DNA of 64,000 bases. Source: an uncultured Sphingomonadaceae bacterium. Lineage in GTDB: Bacteria > Pseudomonadota > Alphaproteobacteria > Sphingomonadales > Sphingomonadaceae. The translations under genes and the position numbers were made by a program. Under the pieces are notes generated by a model. That model saw nothing but the letters and a program-made list of their open reading frames with translations. It was not told the DNA's origin and ran no database searches. The DNA lies in NCBI GenBank assembly GCA_964406535.1, contig CAYOSE010000003.1, positions 127 through 64,126 on the forward strand, in the 5' to 3' direction. How positions within the stretch are numbered: position 1 is the stretch's first letter; every line of letters begins with the position of its first letter. Shown here piece after piece: positions 47,353 through 55,846 of this stretch.

Positions 47353-48087
47353 GTGATCGACATCCATTTCACGCCATCGCCCAACAGCCTGAAGGTCCTG
47401 ATCGCGGCTGAAGAACTCGGGCTCGAGTACAAGATCATCAAGTACGACCTGTACAAGGGCGACCACCTCAAGCCGGCGTTTCGCGACATTAATCCGAATG
47501 TAAAACTGCCGGCCATCGTGGACTACGATCCGGCGGATGGCGGCGAGCCGTTCAACGTGTTCGAAAGCGGCGCGATCCTGCAGTACCTGGCGGAGAAGTC
47601 AGGCAAGCTGCTGCCCGCCGACTGGCGCGAGCGCTGGCAGGCCATCCAGTGGGTCACCTGGCAGGTCGCGGGCGTGGGGCCGAATATGGGGCAGGCGGGC
47701 CACTTCCTGCGCTATGCCCCGCCGGGCGATCATACCTATCCGAAGCAGCGCTTCGTCAACGAGTCGAAGCGGCTGGTGCAGGTGCTCGACAACCGGCTCA
47801 AGCGCGCGGCTTATCTGGCGGGCAGCGAATACAGCATCGCCGACATTGCCTGCTGGCCGGTGTTCCAGATGTTCTCGCCCTATCTCGGGATCGAGCTCGC
47901 TGAGTACGAGCATGTGGCACGGTGGCGCGATGAAATCATGGCGCGGCCCGCCATCCAGGCAGCCATGGGCAACCCGGTCATGGGGGGCGGCAGCAGCCGC
48001 GAATATGACGCGCAGCCGGAGCTGACCGAAGAGGAATGGTCGAACAATTTCGGCGAACGGATGCTCAACGCGGTGCGCGAAGACTGA
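47353..48087 (+). CDS. Glutathione S-transferase (YfcG/YghU, Nu-class-like)
   Basis: TPSPNSLKV, INPNVKLPAI, FESGAILQYLAEK, YSIADIACWP; likely GTG at 47353. Confidence 0.88.
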   Translation: MIDIHFTPSPNSLKVLIAAEELGLEYKIIKYDLYKGDHLKPAFRDINPNVKLPAIVDYDPADGGEPFNVFESGAILQYLAEKSGKLLPADWRERWQAIQWVTWQVAGVGPNMGQAGHFLRYAPPGDHTYPKQRFVNESKRLVQVLDNRLKRAAYLAGSEYSIADIACWPVFQMFSPYLGIELAEYEHVARWRDEIMARPAIQAAMGNPVMGGGSSREYDAQPELTEEEWSNNFGERMLNAVRED

Positions 48088-48140
48088 CGGCCAAACACCC
48101 GCAGGCACTGGCTATAGTGGGGCAGAATAACGAGGAAAGC

Positions 48141-48896
48141 ATGGCTGAAGCACGTACCTATATCGTCACCGGCGGCACCGGGGGTGTCGGCGGCGAGACA
48201 GCCCGCGTGCTGTGCGGGGATGGCCACCGGGTCATCTTTACCGACATTGCCGACCCGGACGAGAAGCTGCAGGCCGCCTTGGAGGGTCTTCGGGGAACGG
48301 CGCATTTCGTGAAATGCGACATCACCGATGAAGCTGCCGTCGCCGCGCTGGTCGATGAGGCTGTGAAGCTTGGCGGCAGGCTGGACGGGGCGGTCAATTG
48401 CGCCGGGGTCGATCAGGGAATCGTGCCGCTGGCCGATATCGATCTGGCGCTGTGGAACCGGACCATCACGATCAACCTGACGGGCATGTTCCTGTGCATG
48501 AAGCACGAGATCCGCGCCATGCTGAAAAGCGGGGGCGGGTCGATCGTCAATATCGGTTCGGCCATGGGCAGCGTCGCGGCGGGCCACCAGAGCTGCTACG
48601 TCGCCTCGAAGCACGGTGTCGCCGGGCTGACCAAGGGCGGTGCGCTCGACTATGCCGGGCAGGGCATCCGCGTGAATGCGCTGATGCCGGGCGTCATCGA
48701 CACGCCGATGATCCAGCAGCACGCGCATGAGCCATGGATGGCCGACTTCGAAGCGACCGTGATCGGCGCGCATCCGCTGGGCCGGATTGGCCAGCCGATC
48801 GAGGTGGCGGAGGCAGCCAGGTGGCTGCTGTCGGATGCGGCATCCTTCGTCACCGGCAGCCTGATGCCGGTCGATGGCGGCTACACCACACACTGA
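48141..48896 (+). CDS. SDR family oxidoreductase
   Basis: VTGGTGGVG, NCAG, YVASKHGV, IRVNALMPG, VDGG. Confidence 0.92.
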   Translation: MAEARTYIVTGGTGGVGGETARVLCGDGHRVIFTDIADPDEKLQAALEGLRGTAHFVKCDITDEAAVAALVDEAVKLGGRLDGAVNCAGVDQGIVPLADIDLALWNRTITINLTGMFLCMKHEIRAMLKSGGGSIVNIGSAMGSVAAGHQSCYVASKHGVAGLTKGGALDYAGQGIRVNALMPGVIDTPMIQQHAHEPWMADFEATVIGAHPLGRIGQPIEVAEAARWLLSDAASFVTGSLMPVDGGYTTH

Positions 48897-48932
48897 ACGG
48901 GCCCGACCGGGCATGACGAGGAGAACGACACG

Positions 48933-49301
48933 GTGATCAAGGTGTTCGGGCTGGCCAAACGCAAACCCGGCATGAGCTTCGAGGAGTTCTCCGCCTATTA
49001 TCGCGAGCGGCACGCCAAGCTGGGCGAAACCGTGCTGAAGCGGGTCGGCGCGGTCCATTACAAGCGCAATTACGTCGTGCCCGCCGCTAACCAGTTCCAT
49101 GGCGAACCCCAGGAATCCGACTTCGATGTGGTGGTGGAGTTCTGGTTTCCGGACATGGCCAGCTTCGAGGCCTGTTTCGATATTGTCGGCAATGAAATGC
49201 GCGACACCTTCATCGAAGACGAGCTGAACTTCGCCGAGCGGGATTCGATCCGGATGCTGATGGTGGTCGAGGAAGACGAATCCGACATGACGGCGCAATG
49301 A
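48933..49301 (+). CDS. EthD family protein
   Basis: MIKVFGLAKRKPGMSFEEFSAYYRERHA...FDVVVEFWF...IEDELNF. Confidence 0.88.
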   Translation: MIKVFGLAKRKPGMSFEEFSAYYRERHAKLGETVLKRVGAVHYKRNYVVPAANQFHGEPQESDFDVVVEFWFPDMASFEACFDIVGNEMRDTFIEDELNFAERDSIRMLMVVEEDESDMTAQ

Positions 49302-49397
49302 TGCATCGGCACGGGTAGCGCCGGGCCGGAATGCTATTAGCGCAACAGATGCAATCGGCGGAGGCAGCAGGCCGGGCCGTCACACAGGAGAGATGCA

Positions 49398-50153
49398 ATG
49401 GGTAGACTGGACGGCAAGGCAGCCATCATCACGGGCGGCAATATGGGCATCGGGGCTGCCGCCAGCCGGTTGTTCGCCGAAGAGGGTGCGAAGGTCGTGC
49501 TGGCCGCGCGGCGCGTGGAAGAGGGCGAGGCCGTTGCCGAAAGCATCCGCGCTGCCGGTGGCGACGCCATCTTCGTGCGAACCGACGTTTCCAAGGCGGC
49601 TGATTGCAAGGCGTTGGTCGACCGCACGGTTGCCGAATACGGCAAGCTCGACATCGCGTTCAACAATGCCGGGATCGAGCAGGTCGGTACGCCGCTCGTC
49701 GACCTGAGCGAGGAGGATTTCGATCAGGTAATCGCGGTCAACCTCAAGGGCGTGTTCCTGTGCATGAAGTACCAGATTCCCGAGATGCAGAAGAATGGCG
49801 GCGGGTCTATCGTCAACACGTCGTCGTTGGCGACCATCGTGACCAAGCCCGGCCTGTCCGGCTATGGCGCATCGAAGTTCGGCGTCATCGGGCTGACCCG
49901 CTTCGCGGCGGTCGAATATGCCCCGGACAAGATCCGCGTGAATGCGCTGGTGCCCGGCGCGACGCTGACCGAGATGTTCGGGCGCTGGCTCGAGATTCCC
50001 GGCGTCAAGGAGCAGATCCTCGCCGGGCAGCCCAATGGCCGCTTCGCCGAGCCGATCGAGCTGGCGCAATCCGCGCTCTATCTGGCGAGCGACGAGGCCT
50101 CCTTCGTGACCGGCCACTCGATGGTCGTCGATGGCGGGGCGGCGCTGCCCTGA
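49398..50153 (+). CDS. SDR family oxidoreductase
   Basis: ITGGNMGIG, FNNAGI, YGASKFGV, IRVNALVPG, VVDGG. Confidence 0.93.
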   Translation: MGRLDGKAAIITGGNMGIGAAASRLFAEEGAKVVLAARRVEEGEAVAESIRAAGGDAIFVRTDVSKAADCKALVDRTVAEYGKLDIAFNNAGIEQVGTPLVDLSEEDFDQVIAVNLKGVFLCMKYQIPEMQKNGGGSIVNTSSLATIVTKPGLSGYGASKFGVIGLTRFAAVEYAPDKIRVNALVPGATLTEMFGRWLEIPGVKEQILAGQPNGRFAEPIELAQSALYLASDEASFVTGHSMVVDGGAALP

Positions 50154-50196
50154 GCCGACCGACCACGGCAAACGCATTCATCTTAGCGAGGACGCA

Positions 50197-50925
50197 ATGA
50201 TCGACTTCTATTTCGCCCAGACCCCCAATGCCGCCAAAGTGCTGATCGCGCTCAAGGAACTGGGCATGGAGTACCAGATCAAGCCGTTCGACCTGTATCA
50301 GGGTCAGCACCTCAACGCCGAGTTTCGCAAGGTCAATCCGAACCTCAAGATTCCGGCGATCGTCGACCTCGATCCCACTGATGGTGGCGAGCCGATCCCG
50401 GTGTTCGAGTCTGCCGCGATCCTGATCTATCTGGCGGAAAAGGGCGGGGCGCTGATCCCGGCCGATGCGCGGCGGCGGATGGAGGCGCTGCAGTGGCTGT
50501 CATGGCAGGTCGCCGGGCTCGGGCCCTATATGGGGCAGGCCGCGCACTTCCTGCGCTATGCCCCGCCGGGACCGCACGAATATTCGACCGAACGCTATGT
50601 CAAGGAATCGGTCCGGTTGCTGCATGTGATGGACTACCGGCTGCGGAGCGAGCCGTTCCTGGCCGGCAAGGACTATTCGATTGCCGACATCGCCTGTTTC
50701 CCGGTCGTCCATTATTTCGACCAGTATTTCGAGTTCGACTTCCAGTCGCTCGACACGATCAAGCGCTGGTACTCGGCCATCCTCGAACACCCTGCGGTAC
50801 AGGCGGCGCTCAACGGCCCCGAGATGGACCCGGGCCGCTATTACGACACCGCCCCGGTCCTGACTGAGGAGGAATGGTCCAACGTCTTCGGCGAGCGGAT
50901 GCTGAAGGCGTCGATGGGCGACTAG
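50197..50925 (+). CDS. Glutathione S-transferase (Nu-class-like), paralog of 47353-48087
   Basis: QTPNAAKV, VNPNLKIPAI, FESAAILIYLAEK, YSIADIACFP; shares the C-terminal LTEEEWSNxFGERML. Confidence 0.88.
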   Translation: MIDFYFAQTPNAAKVLIALKELGMEYQIKPFDLYQGQHLNAEFRKVNPNLKIPAIVDLDPTDGGEPIPVFESAAILIYLAEKGGALIPADARRRMEALQWLSWQVAGLGPYMGQAAHFLRYAPPGPHEYSTERYVKESVRLLHVMDYRLRSEPFLAGKDYSIADIACFPVVHYFDQYFEFDFQSLDTIKRWYSAILEHPAVQAALNGPEMDPGRYYDTAPVLTEEEWSNVFGERMLKASMGD

Positions 50926-50991
50926 CACGCATTGTCCGGGCGGGCCGCCGGATGCGCTTCGCCCGCAGCGACTGAACAAGGAGAGGAATCA

Positions 50992-51378
50992 GTGAGCAAC
51001 GACTACCCGAAGAAGAGCCCCCCGGGGAGCATCGCGATTTTCGGTGCCGGTGGCCGGATGGCGAGCCATGTCGTAGATTACCTGCGCTACAAGGCCCCTG
51101 ACATCCGCCTGCGCCTGCTGGCGAGTTCGGAAGCCGGGCTGGCCTCGCTGGTCGAGCGCTATCCCGACGAAGAGAGTATGCTGGGCAATTACTTCGATCC
51201 GGCCTCGCTCGATGCCGCGCTGGACAGCATGGAAGGGGTGTTCGTCGTCACCGCGTCCGGCATGGACGAGAAGGTCGGCATGGACAATTTCGTCGCCGCC
51301 GCAAAGAAGGCGGGGGCCGCCAGGCACATCATCCGGCTGGTCGGCTATGCGCCCGAATCGAACCCGGACAAGCTGCCC
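50992..51378 (+). pseudogene. 3'-truncated NmrA-family NAD(P)H-binding protein
   Basis: GTG with AAGGAG RBS; IAIFGAGGRM, DPASLDAALDSMEGVFVVT, AAAKKAGAARHIIRL; family-like sequence stops at ...NPDKLP after ~129 codons and continues as frameshifted junk. Confidence 0.75.
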
Positions 51379-52865
51379 GCCTGCGCCGCGCCGTGCAGAC
51401 CCTGCGGGTGGAGAATGCGGGGGAGGATCAGGGCGGCAGTTTCGGGACGCATGTGCCGGTCGGCAGCGTGGTCTCGCGCCGCACGCTGATCCACTGCGCG
51501 CCCGCCCTGACCATTGGCGAGGCGGCGAAGCTGATGGCGCGCGAGGACGTATCGGTCCTGCCGGTTATCGACGATAGCGGGCTGGTCGGTATCCTGACCG
51601 ACAAGGACCTGCGAAAGCGGGTGCTGGCGGTCGAGCTCAATCTCGGCACACCGGTGGGCGAGGTGATGACGCCCGACCCGATTACGCTTGGCGGCAGCCA
51701 GACCGTGCTGTCCGCGCTGCTGACCATGACCTCGCACCATATTCACCACCTGCCCGTCGTCGATGGGGCTGGCACGGTCACCGGGATCGTTTCCTCCAGC
51801 GACGTCCTCTCGCAGCTCGGCTCCAATTCCTTCCACCTCGCCCGCGAGATCGAGACCGCGCGCGACCTGCCCGCGCTGATCGAGGCGAGCGCGCATCTGC
51901 CGCGAGCCGTCGCCGGGCTGGTCGAGGCGGGCGTCGATGCCGATCCGGTGGCGCGCTATGTCAGCGCGATCGGGGAGATGGTGCATCGCCGGGTGCTGGC
52001 ATTGGCGCAGGATGAGCTGGGACCGGCCCCGGTCGGGTTCGCTCTGGTCTGTTTCGGTTCCCTTGCGCGCCATGAGGTGTCGCTTGGTTCCGATCAGGAC
52101 AATGGCTTCATCTTCGGCGAGGACTATATCCCGGCGGAGCACGATCCCTATTTTGCCGAGCTCGGGCGGCGGCTCGCCGACGGGCTCGACAGCGCGGGCT
52201 ATCGCTATTGTCCGGGCGACATCATGGCCTCCAACCCCGAATATCGCGCGACTGTGGGCGAGTGGACGCGCCGCTTTGCCGGGTGGATCGAGCGGCCCGA
52301 CCCGCAGGCGATCCTGGAGAGCGGGATCTTCTTCGACATGCGCCCGGTCGCGGGCGAGGCAAAGCTGGTCGAGCAATTGCGCGAGGCGACATTTGCCGCG
52401 GCGAGCGAGAACGGCATCTTCACCTCCTTCCTCGCCCGCGCGGCTGCCGGATCGGCGGTGCCGCTGGGCTTCTTCCGCAATTTCCTGCTCGAAAAGGATG
52501 CGGTGGAGGGCAAAGTGCTCGACCTGAAGACGCAGGCGATCACCCCCGTCATCGACCTTGCCCGCACCTATGCCATTGTTGGCGCGCTCGAGGCGACGAG
52601 CACGGTCGACCGGTTGCAGGCCGCGCAGGAACAAGGAGCGCTCGATGCCGAGGCCGCCCGCGATCTGGCGGCCTGTTTCGAATTCGTCCGTAACGTCCGC
52701 TTTCGCCACCAGGCGGCGCAGATCAGGCGCGGAGAAGCACCGACCAACAAGCTCGATCCGGGCGAGCTGTCGCGCTTCGACCGCGAGCATCTGCGCGATG
52801 CGTTCAAGCTCATCCGCAGCCAGCTCGACCGGCTGCGCTCGGCCTATGCGGGCGGGCTGACCTGA
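51378..52865 (+). pseudogene. 5'-truncated CBS + DUF294 nucleotidyltransferase-like protein (N-terminal cNMP domain missing)
   Basis: Coding-like frame begins RLRRAVQTLR at 51378 with no convincing RBS/ATG; two CBS domains, CFGSLARHE...DQDNG, IFFDMRPV, LDLK. Confidence 0.75.
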
Positions 52866-52866
52866 G

Positions 52867-53559
52867 ATGTTCGACCGGTTCTTCGGCGGCCCCACGCACA
52901 AGCTCGAACGGGCCTTCGAAGACGCGGCCCGCCACGCGCCCGAGGGCCCGCTGGCCGACTATTACCGCGCCGGGCTGGCCGATCTGGACACGCCCGCGAA
53001 CGGAGCCACTTTGCTCGCCATCGACCTCGAAACCGACGGGCTCGACCTTGGCAGCAGCACGATCCTGGAGGCCGGGTGCATCGCGCTTCGCCGAGGCATG
53101 ATTGCCAGCGACAGCGCGCGCCGGATCCGCTTTCGCAGCGATAGTCCGCTCGACCCTGAAGCGGTGGTGATCCACCGCATCACCGACGATGCCGCCGCCG
53201 CCGCGCGCCCGTTCGAAGAGGCGCTGGCCGAGGTCTTGCGCGAATGTGCGGGCAAGGTGCTGGTCGCGCATTTCGCCGAGATCGAGGCGGGTTTCCTCGA
53301 TGCCGCCTGCCGCCTGGTCTATGGCACGGGCTTGGTCGCGCCGTTCATCTGCACGATGCAGCTAGAGGCGCGCTGGTTCCCGCGCACCCGCGCCGCCGAC
53401 CGGTTGCGGCTGGGCAAGCTGCGTGCGCAATATGGCCTGCCGACCTATCGCGCGCATGACGGGCTGACCGATGCGCTGGCTTGCGGGGAACTGTTGCTGG
53501 CCCAGCTGGCGCATGCGGGGCGTGAAAATGTGCCGCTGGCCGAGCTGCTGCGCCGCTGA
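52867..53559 (+). CDS. 3'-5' exonuclease (DnaQ-like) of the DUF294/actP locus
   Basis: AIDLETDGL, VAHFAEIEAGFLD, RAHDGLTDALACGEL DEDDh motifs. Confidence 0.88.
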   Translation: MFDRFFGGPTHKLERAFEDAARHAPEGPLADYYRAGLADLDTPANGATLLAIDLETDGLDLGSSTILEAGCIALRRGMIASDSARRIRFRSDSPLDPEAVVIHRITDDAAAAARPFEEALAEVLRECAGKVLVAHFAEIEAGFLDAACRLVYGTGLVAPFICTMQLEARWFPRTRAADRLRLGKLRAQYGLPTYRAHDGLTDALACGELLLAQLAHAGRENVPLAELLRR

Positions 53560-53587
53560 ACCCGGCCCCGGAAGCCTCCGGCCGATA

Positions 53588-53600
53588 TACGACCAAAGTC
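53588..53600 (+). promoter_or_regulatory. Predicted CrbR box upstream of DUF4212-actP
   Basis: TACGAC-CAAA-GTC; GAC-N4-GTC motif, repeated at 61905-61917. Confidence 0.65.
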
Positions 53601-53690
53601 GCGATAGGAAAGACCGCCCTGTTCTCTACGCTTGCCAGCGGACCGTGGGAAAGCTGCGGCACTCGCGATTATCATGTGGGGGAGAACACC

Positions 53691-53960
53691 ATGTCTGAAG
53701 ACGATCCCAAGGGCGCAGCGGCGGGCGCTTATTGGAAAGCGAATATCCGCCTGCTCGTGACATTGATGGCGATCTGGTTCGTCGTGTCCTTCGGCGCGGG
53801 CATCCTGCTGCGCGATTTTCTGGACCAGTTCATGATCGGCGGCTTCCCGCTCGGTTTCTGGTTCGCCCAGCAGGGTTCGATCTACGTCTTCATGGCGCTG
53901 ATCTTCTACTACACGTGGAAGATGAAGAAGATCGAGCGCGACTTCGATCTCGACGACTGA
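53691..53960 (+). CDS. DUF4212 small membrane protein (ActP partner)
   Basis: YWKANIRLL...GFPLGFWFAQQGSIYVF; GGAGA RBS. Confidence 0.92.
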   Translation: MSEDDPKGAAAGAYWKANIRLLVTLMAIWFVVSFGAGILLRDFLDQFMIGGFPLGFWFAQQGSIYVFMALIFYYTWKMKKIERDFDLDD

Positions 53961-53970
53961 GGAGGGGACT

Positions 53971-55746
53971 ATGTCTACACAAGGTCTGATCTACCTCTTC
54001 GTCGGCATCAGCTTCGCGCTGTATATCGGTATCGCGATCTGGTCGCGCGCCGGTTCGACGAAGGAATTCTATGTCGCGGGCGGCGGGGTGAACCCGATCG
54101 TCAACGGCATGGCCACGGCCGCCGACTGGATGAGTGCGGCCTCGTTCATCTCGATGGCGGGCCTCATCGCCTTCCTCGGCTATGACGGCTCGGTCTACCT
54201 GATGGGCTGGACGGGCGGCTACGTCATGCTGGCGCTGTTGCTGGCGCCGTATCTGCGGAAATTCGGCCAGTTCACCGTCCCCGACTTCATCGGCACAAGG
54301 TACTATTCTAAGGTCGCCCGCACGGTGGCCGTGATCTGCCTGATCTTCATCAGCTTCACCTATATCGCCGGGCAGATGCGCGGCGTGGGGATCGTGTTCT
54401 CGCGCTTCCTGGAGGTGGATGTGACGCTTGGCGTGATCATCGGCATGGCGATCGTGTTCGTCTATGCGGTGCTGGGCGGCATGAAGGGCATCACCTACAC
54501 GCAGGTGGCGCAATATTGCGTGCTGATCTTTGCCTATATGGTCCCGGCGATCTTCATCTCGCTGCTGATCACGGGCAATCCCGTGCCGCAGCTGGGGCTG
54601 GGCTCGATGGTCGATGACGGATCGGGCATGTATGTGCTGCAAAAGCTTGACATGTCGCTGCAGGATATGGGCTTTGGCCCCTATACCGATGGCAGCAAGT
54701 CGATGATCGACGTGTTCTGCATCACCGCCGCGCTGATGATCGGCACGGCTGGCCTGCCGCACGTGATCGTTCGCTTCTTCACCGTTCCCAAGGCCTCCGA
54801 CGCGCGCAAGTCGGCGGGCTGGGCGCTGCTGTTCATTGCCCTGCTCTACACCACGGCCCCGGCGGTTGCGGCGTTTGCGCGGATCAACTTCAACGAGACG
54901 GTCGACCAGACCGCCTATGAAGAGGCTCCGGGCTGGTTCAAGAACTGGGAAAGCAACAAGCTGATTGCCTGGGTCGACAAGAACGACGATGGCGTGATGC
55001 AGGTGGCGAGCGGCGATGCCTTCAAGGGGGCACCGGACTACACCGGCGAAACCGGTGCGCTCGGCCAGCAGCTGGTCGCGAATGAGGTCGTCGCCGACAG
55101 TGCCAACGAGGTCTATGTCGATCGCGACATCATGGTGCTGGCCAATCCGGAGATCGGCAATCTGCCGGGCTGGGTCATCGCGCTGGTGGCGGCGGGCGGC
55201 CTTGCGGCGGCGCTGTCGACGGCAGCAGGCCTGCTGCTGGTGATCTCCACCGCGGTCAGCCACGACCTGCTCAAATCGACCTTCAAGCCGAACATTTCGG
55301 AGAAGGGCGAATTGCTGGCAGCGCGTGTCGCGGCCACGGCGGCGATCGTAGTGGCCGGTTACCTCGGCATCTATCCTCCGGGATGGGTGGCGCAGGTGGT
55401 GGCCTTCGCCTTCGGTCTGGCGGCAGCCTCGCTGTTCCCGGCCATCTTCATGGGGATCTTCTCCAAGACAATGAACAAGGAAGGCGCGATTGCCGGCATG
55501 ATCACGGGCCTCGCTTTCACCTTCAGCTACATCTTCTACTTCAAGCTGATGAACCCGGAGGCGAATGTCGCCGAGAACTGGCTGCTGGGCATCTCGCCCG
55601 AAGGCATCGGCGTGATCGGGATGGTGCTGAACTTCGTCGTTGCCATCGGCGTGGCGAAGGTGACGGCGGCCCCGCCGCCGGAGATCGACCACCTGGTGGA
55701 ATCGATCCGCGTCCCGCGCGGTGCGGGCGAGGCCCATGTACACTAG
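53971..55746 (+). CDS. actP: Sodium:solute symporter, acetate permease ActP-like
   Basis: 591 aa multi-TM; NGMATAADWMSAASF, GTAGLPHVIVRFFTV, AALSTAAGLL; next to acs. Confidence 0.9.
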   Translation: MSTQGLIYLFVGISFALYIGIAIWSRAGSTKEFYVAGGGVNPIVNGMATAADWMSAASFISMAGLIAFLGYDGSVYLMGWTGGYVMLALLLAPYLRKFGQFTVPDFIGTRYYSKVARTVAVICLIFISFTYIAGQMRGVGIVFSRFLEVDVTLGVIIGMAIVFVYAVLGGMKGITYTQVAQYCVLIFAYMVPAIFISLLITGNPVPQLGLGSMVDDGSGMYVLQKLDMSLQDMGFGPYTDGSKSMIDVFCITAALMIGTAGLPHVIVRFFTVPKASDARKSAGWALLFIALLYTTAPAVAAFARINFNETVDQTAYEEAPGWFKNWESNKLIAWVDKNDDGVMQVASGDAFKGAPDYTGETGALGQQLVANEVVADSANEVYVDRDIMVLANPEIGNLPGWVIALVAAGGLAAALSTAAGLLLVISTAVSHDLLKSTFKPNISEKGELLAARVAATAAIVVAGYLGIYPPGWVAQVVAFAFGLAAASLFPAIFMGIFSKTMNKEGAIAGMITGLAFTFSYIFYFKLMNPEANVAENWLLGISPEGIGVIGMVLNFVVAIGVAKVTAAPPPEIDHLVESIRVPRGAGEAHVH

Positions 55747-55846
55747 GTCACTCGGGAGAGTGCCTAACGGCGGGGGTGGCACGAAACTGTCGCCCCCGTT
55801 CGCATATCCGGCTAGTCTCCGGCGCTGAGGGAGGGATGTCAGGCCC

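Noticed and set aside
50932-51489. 185-aa ORF as an intact gene
   Set aside because: The first 20 codons precede the RBS-supported GTG, and the tail after ~51378 is an out-of-frame reading of the DUF294 gene
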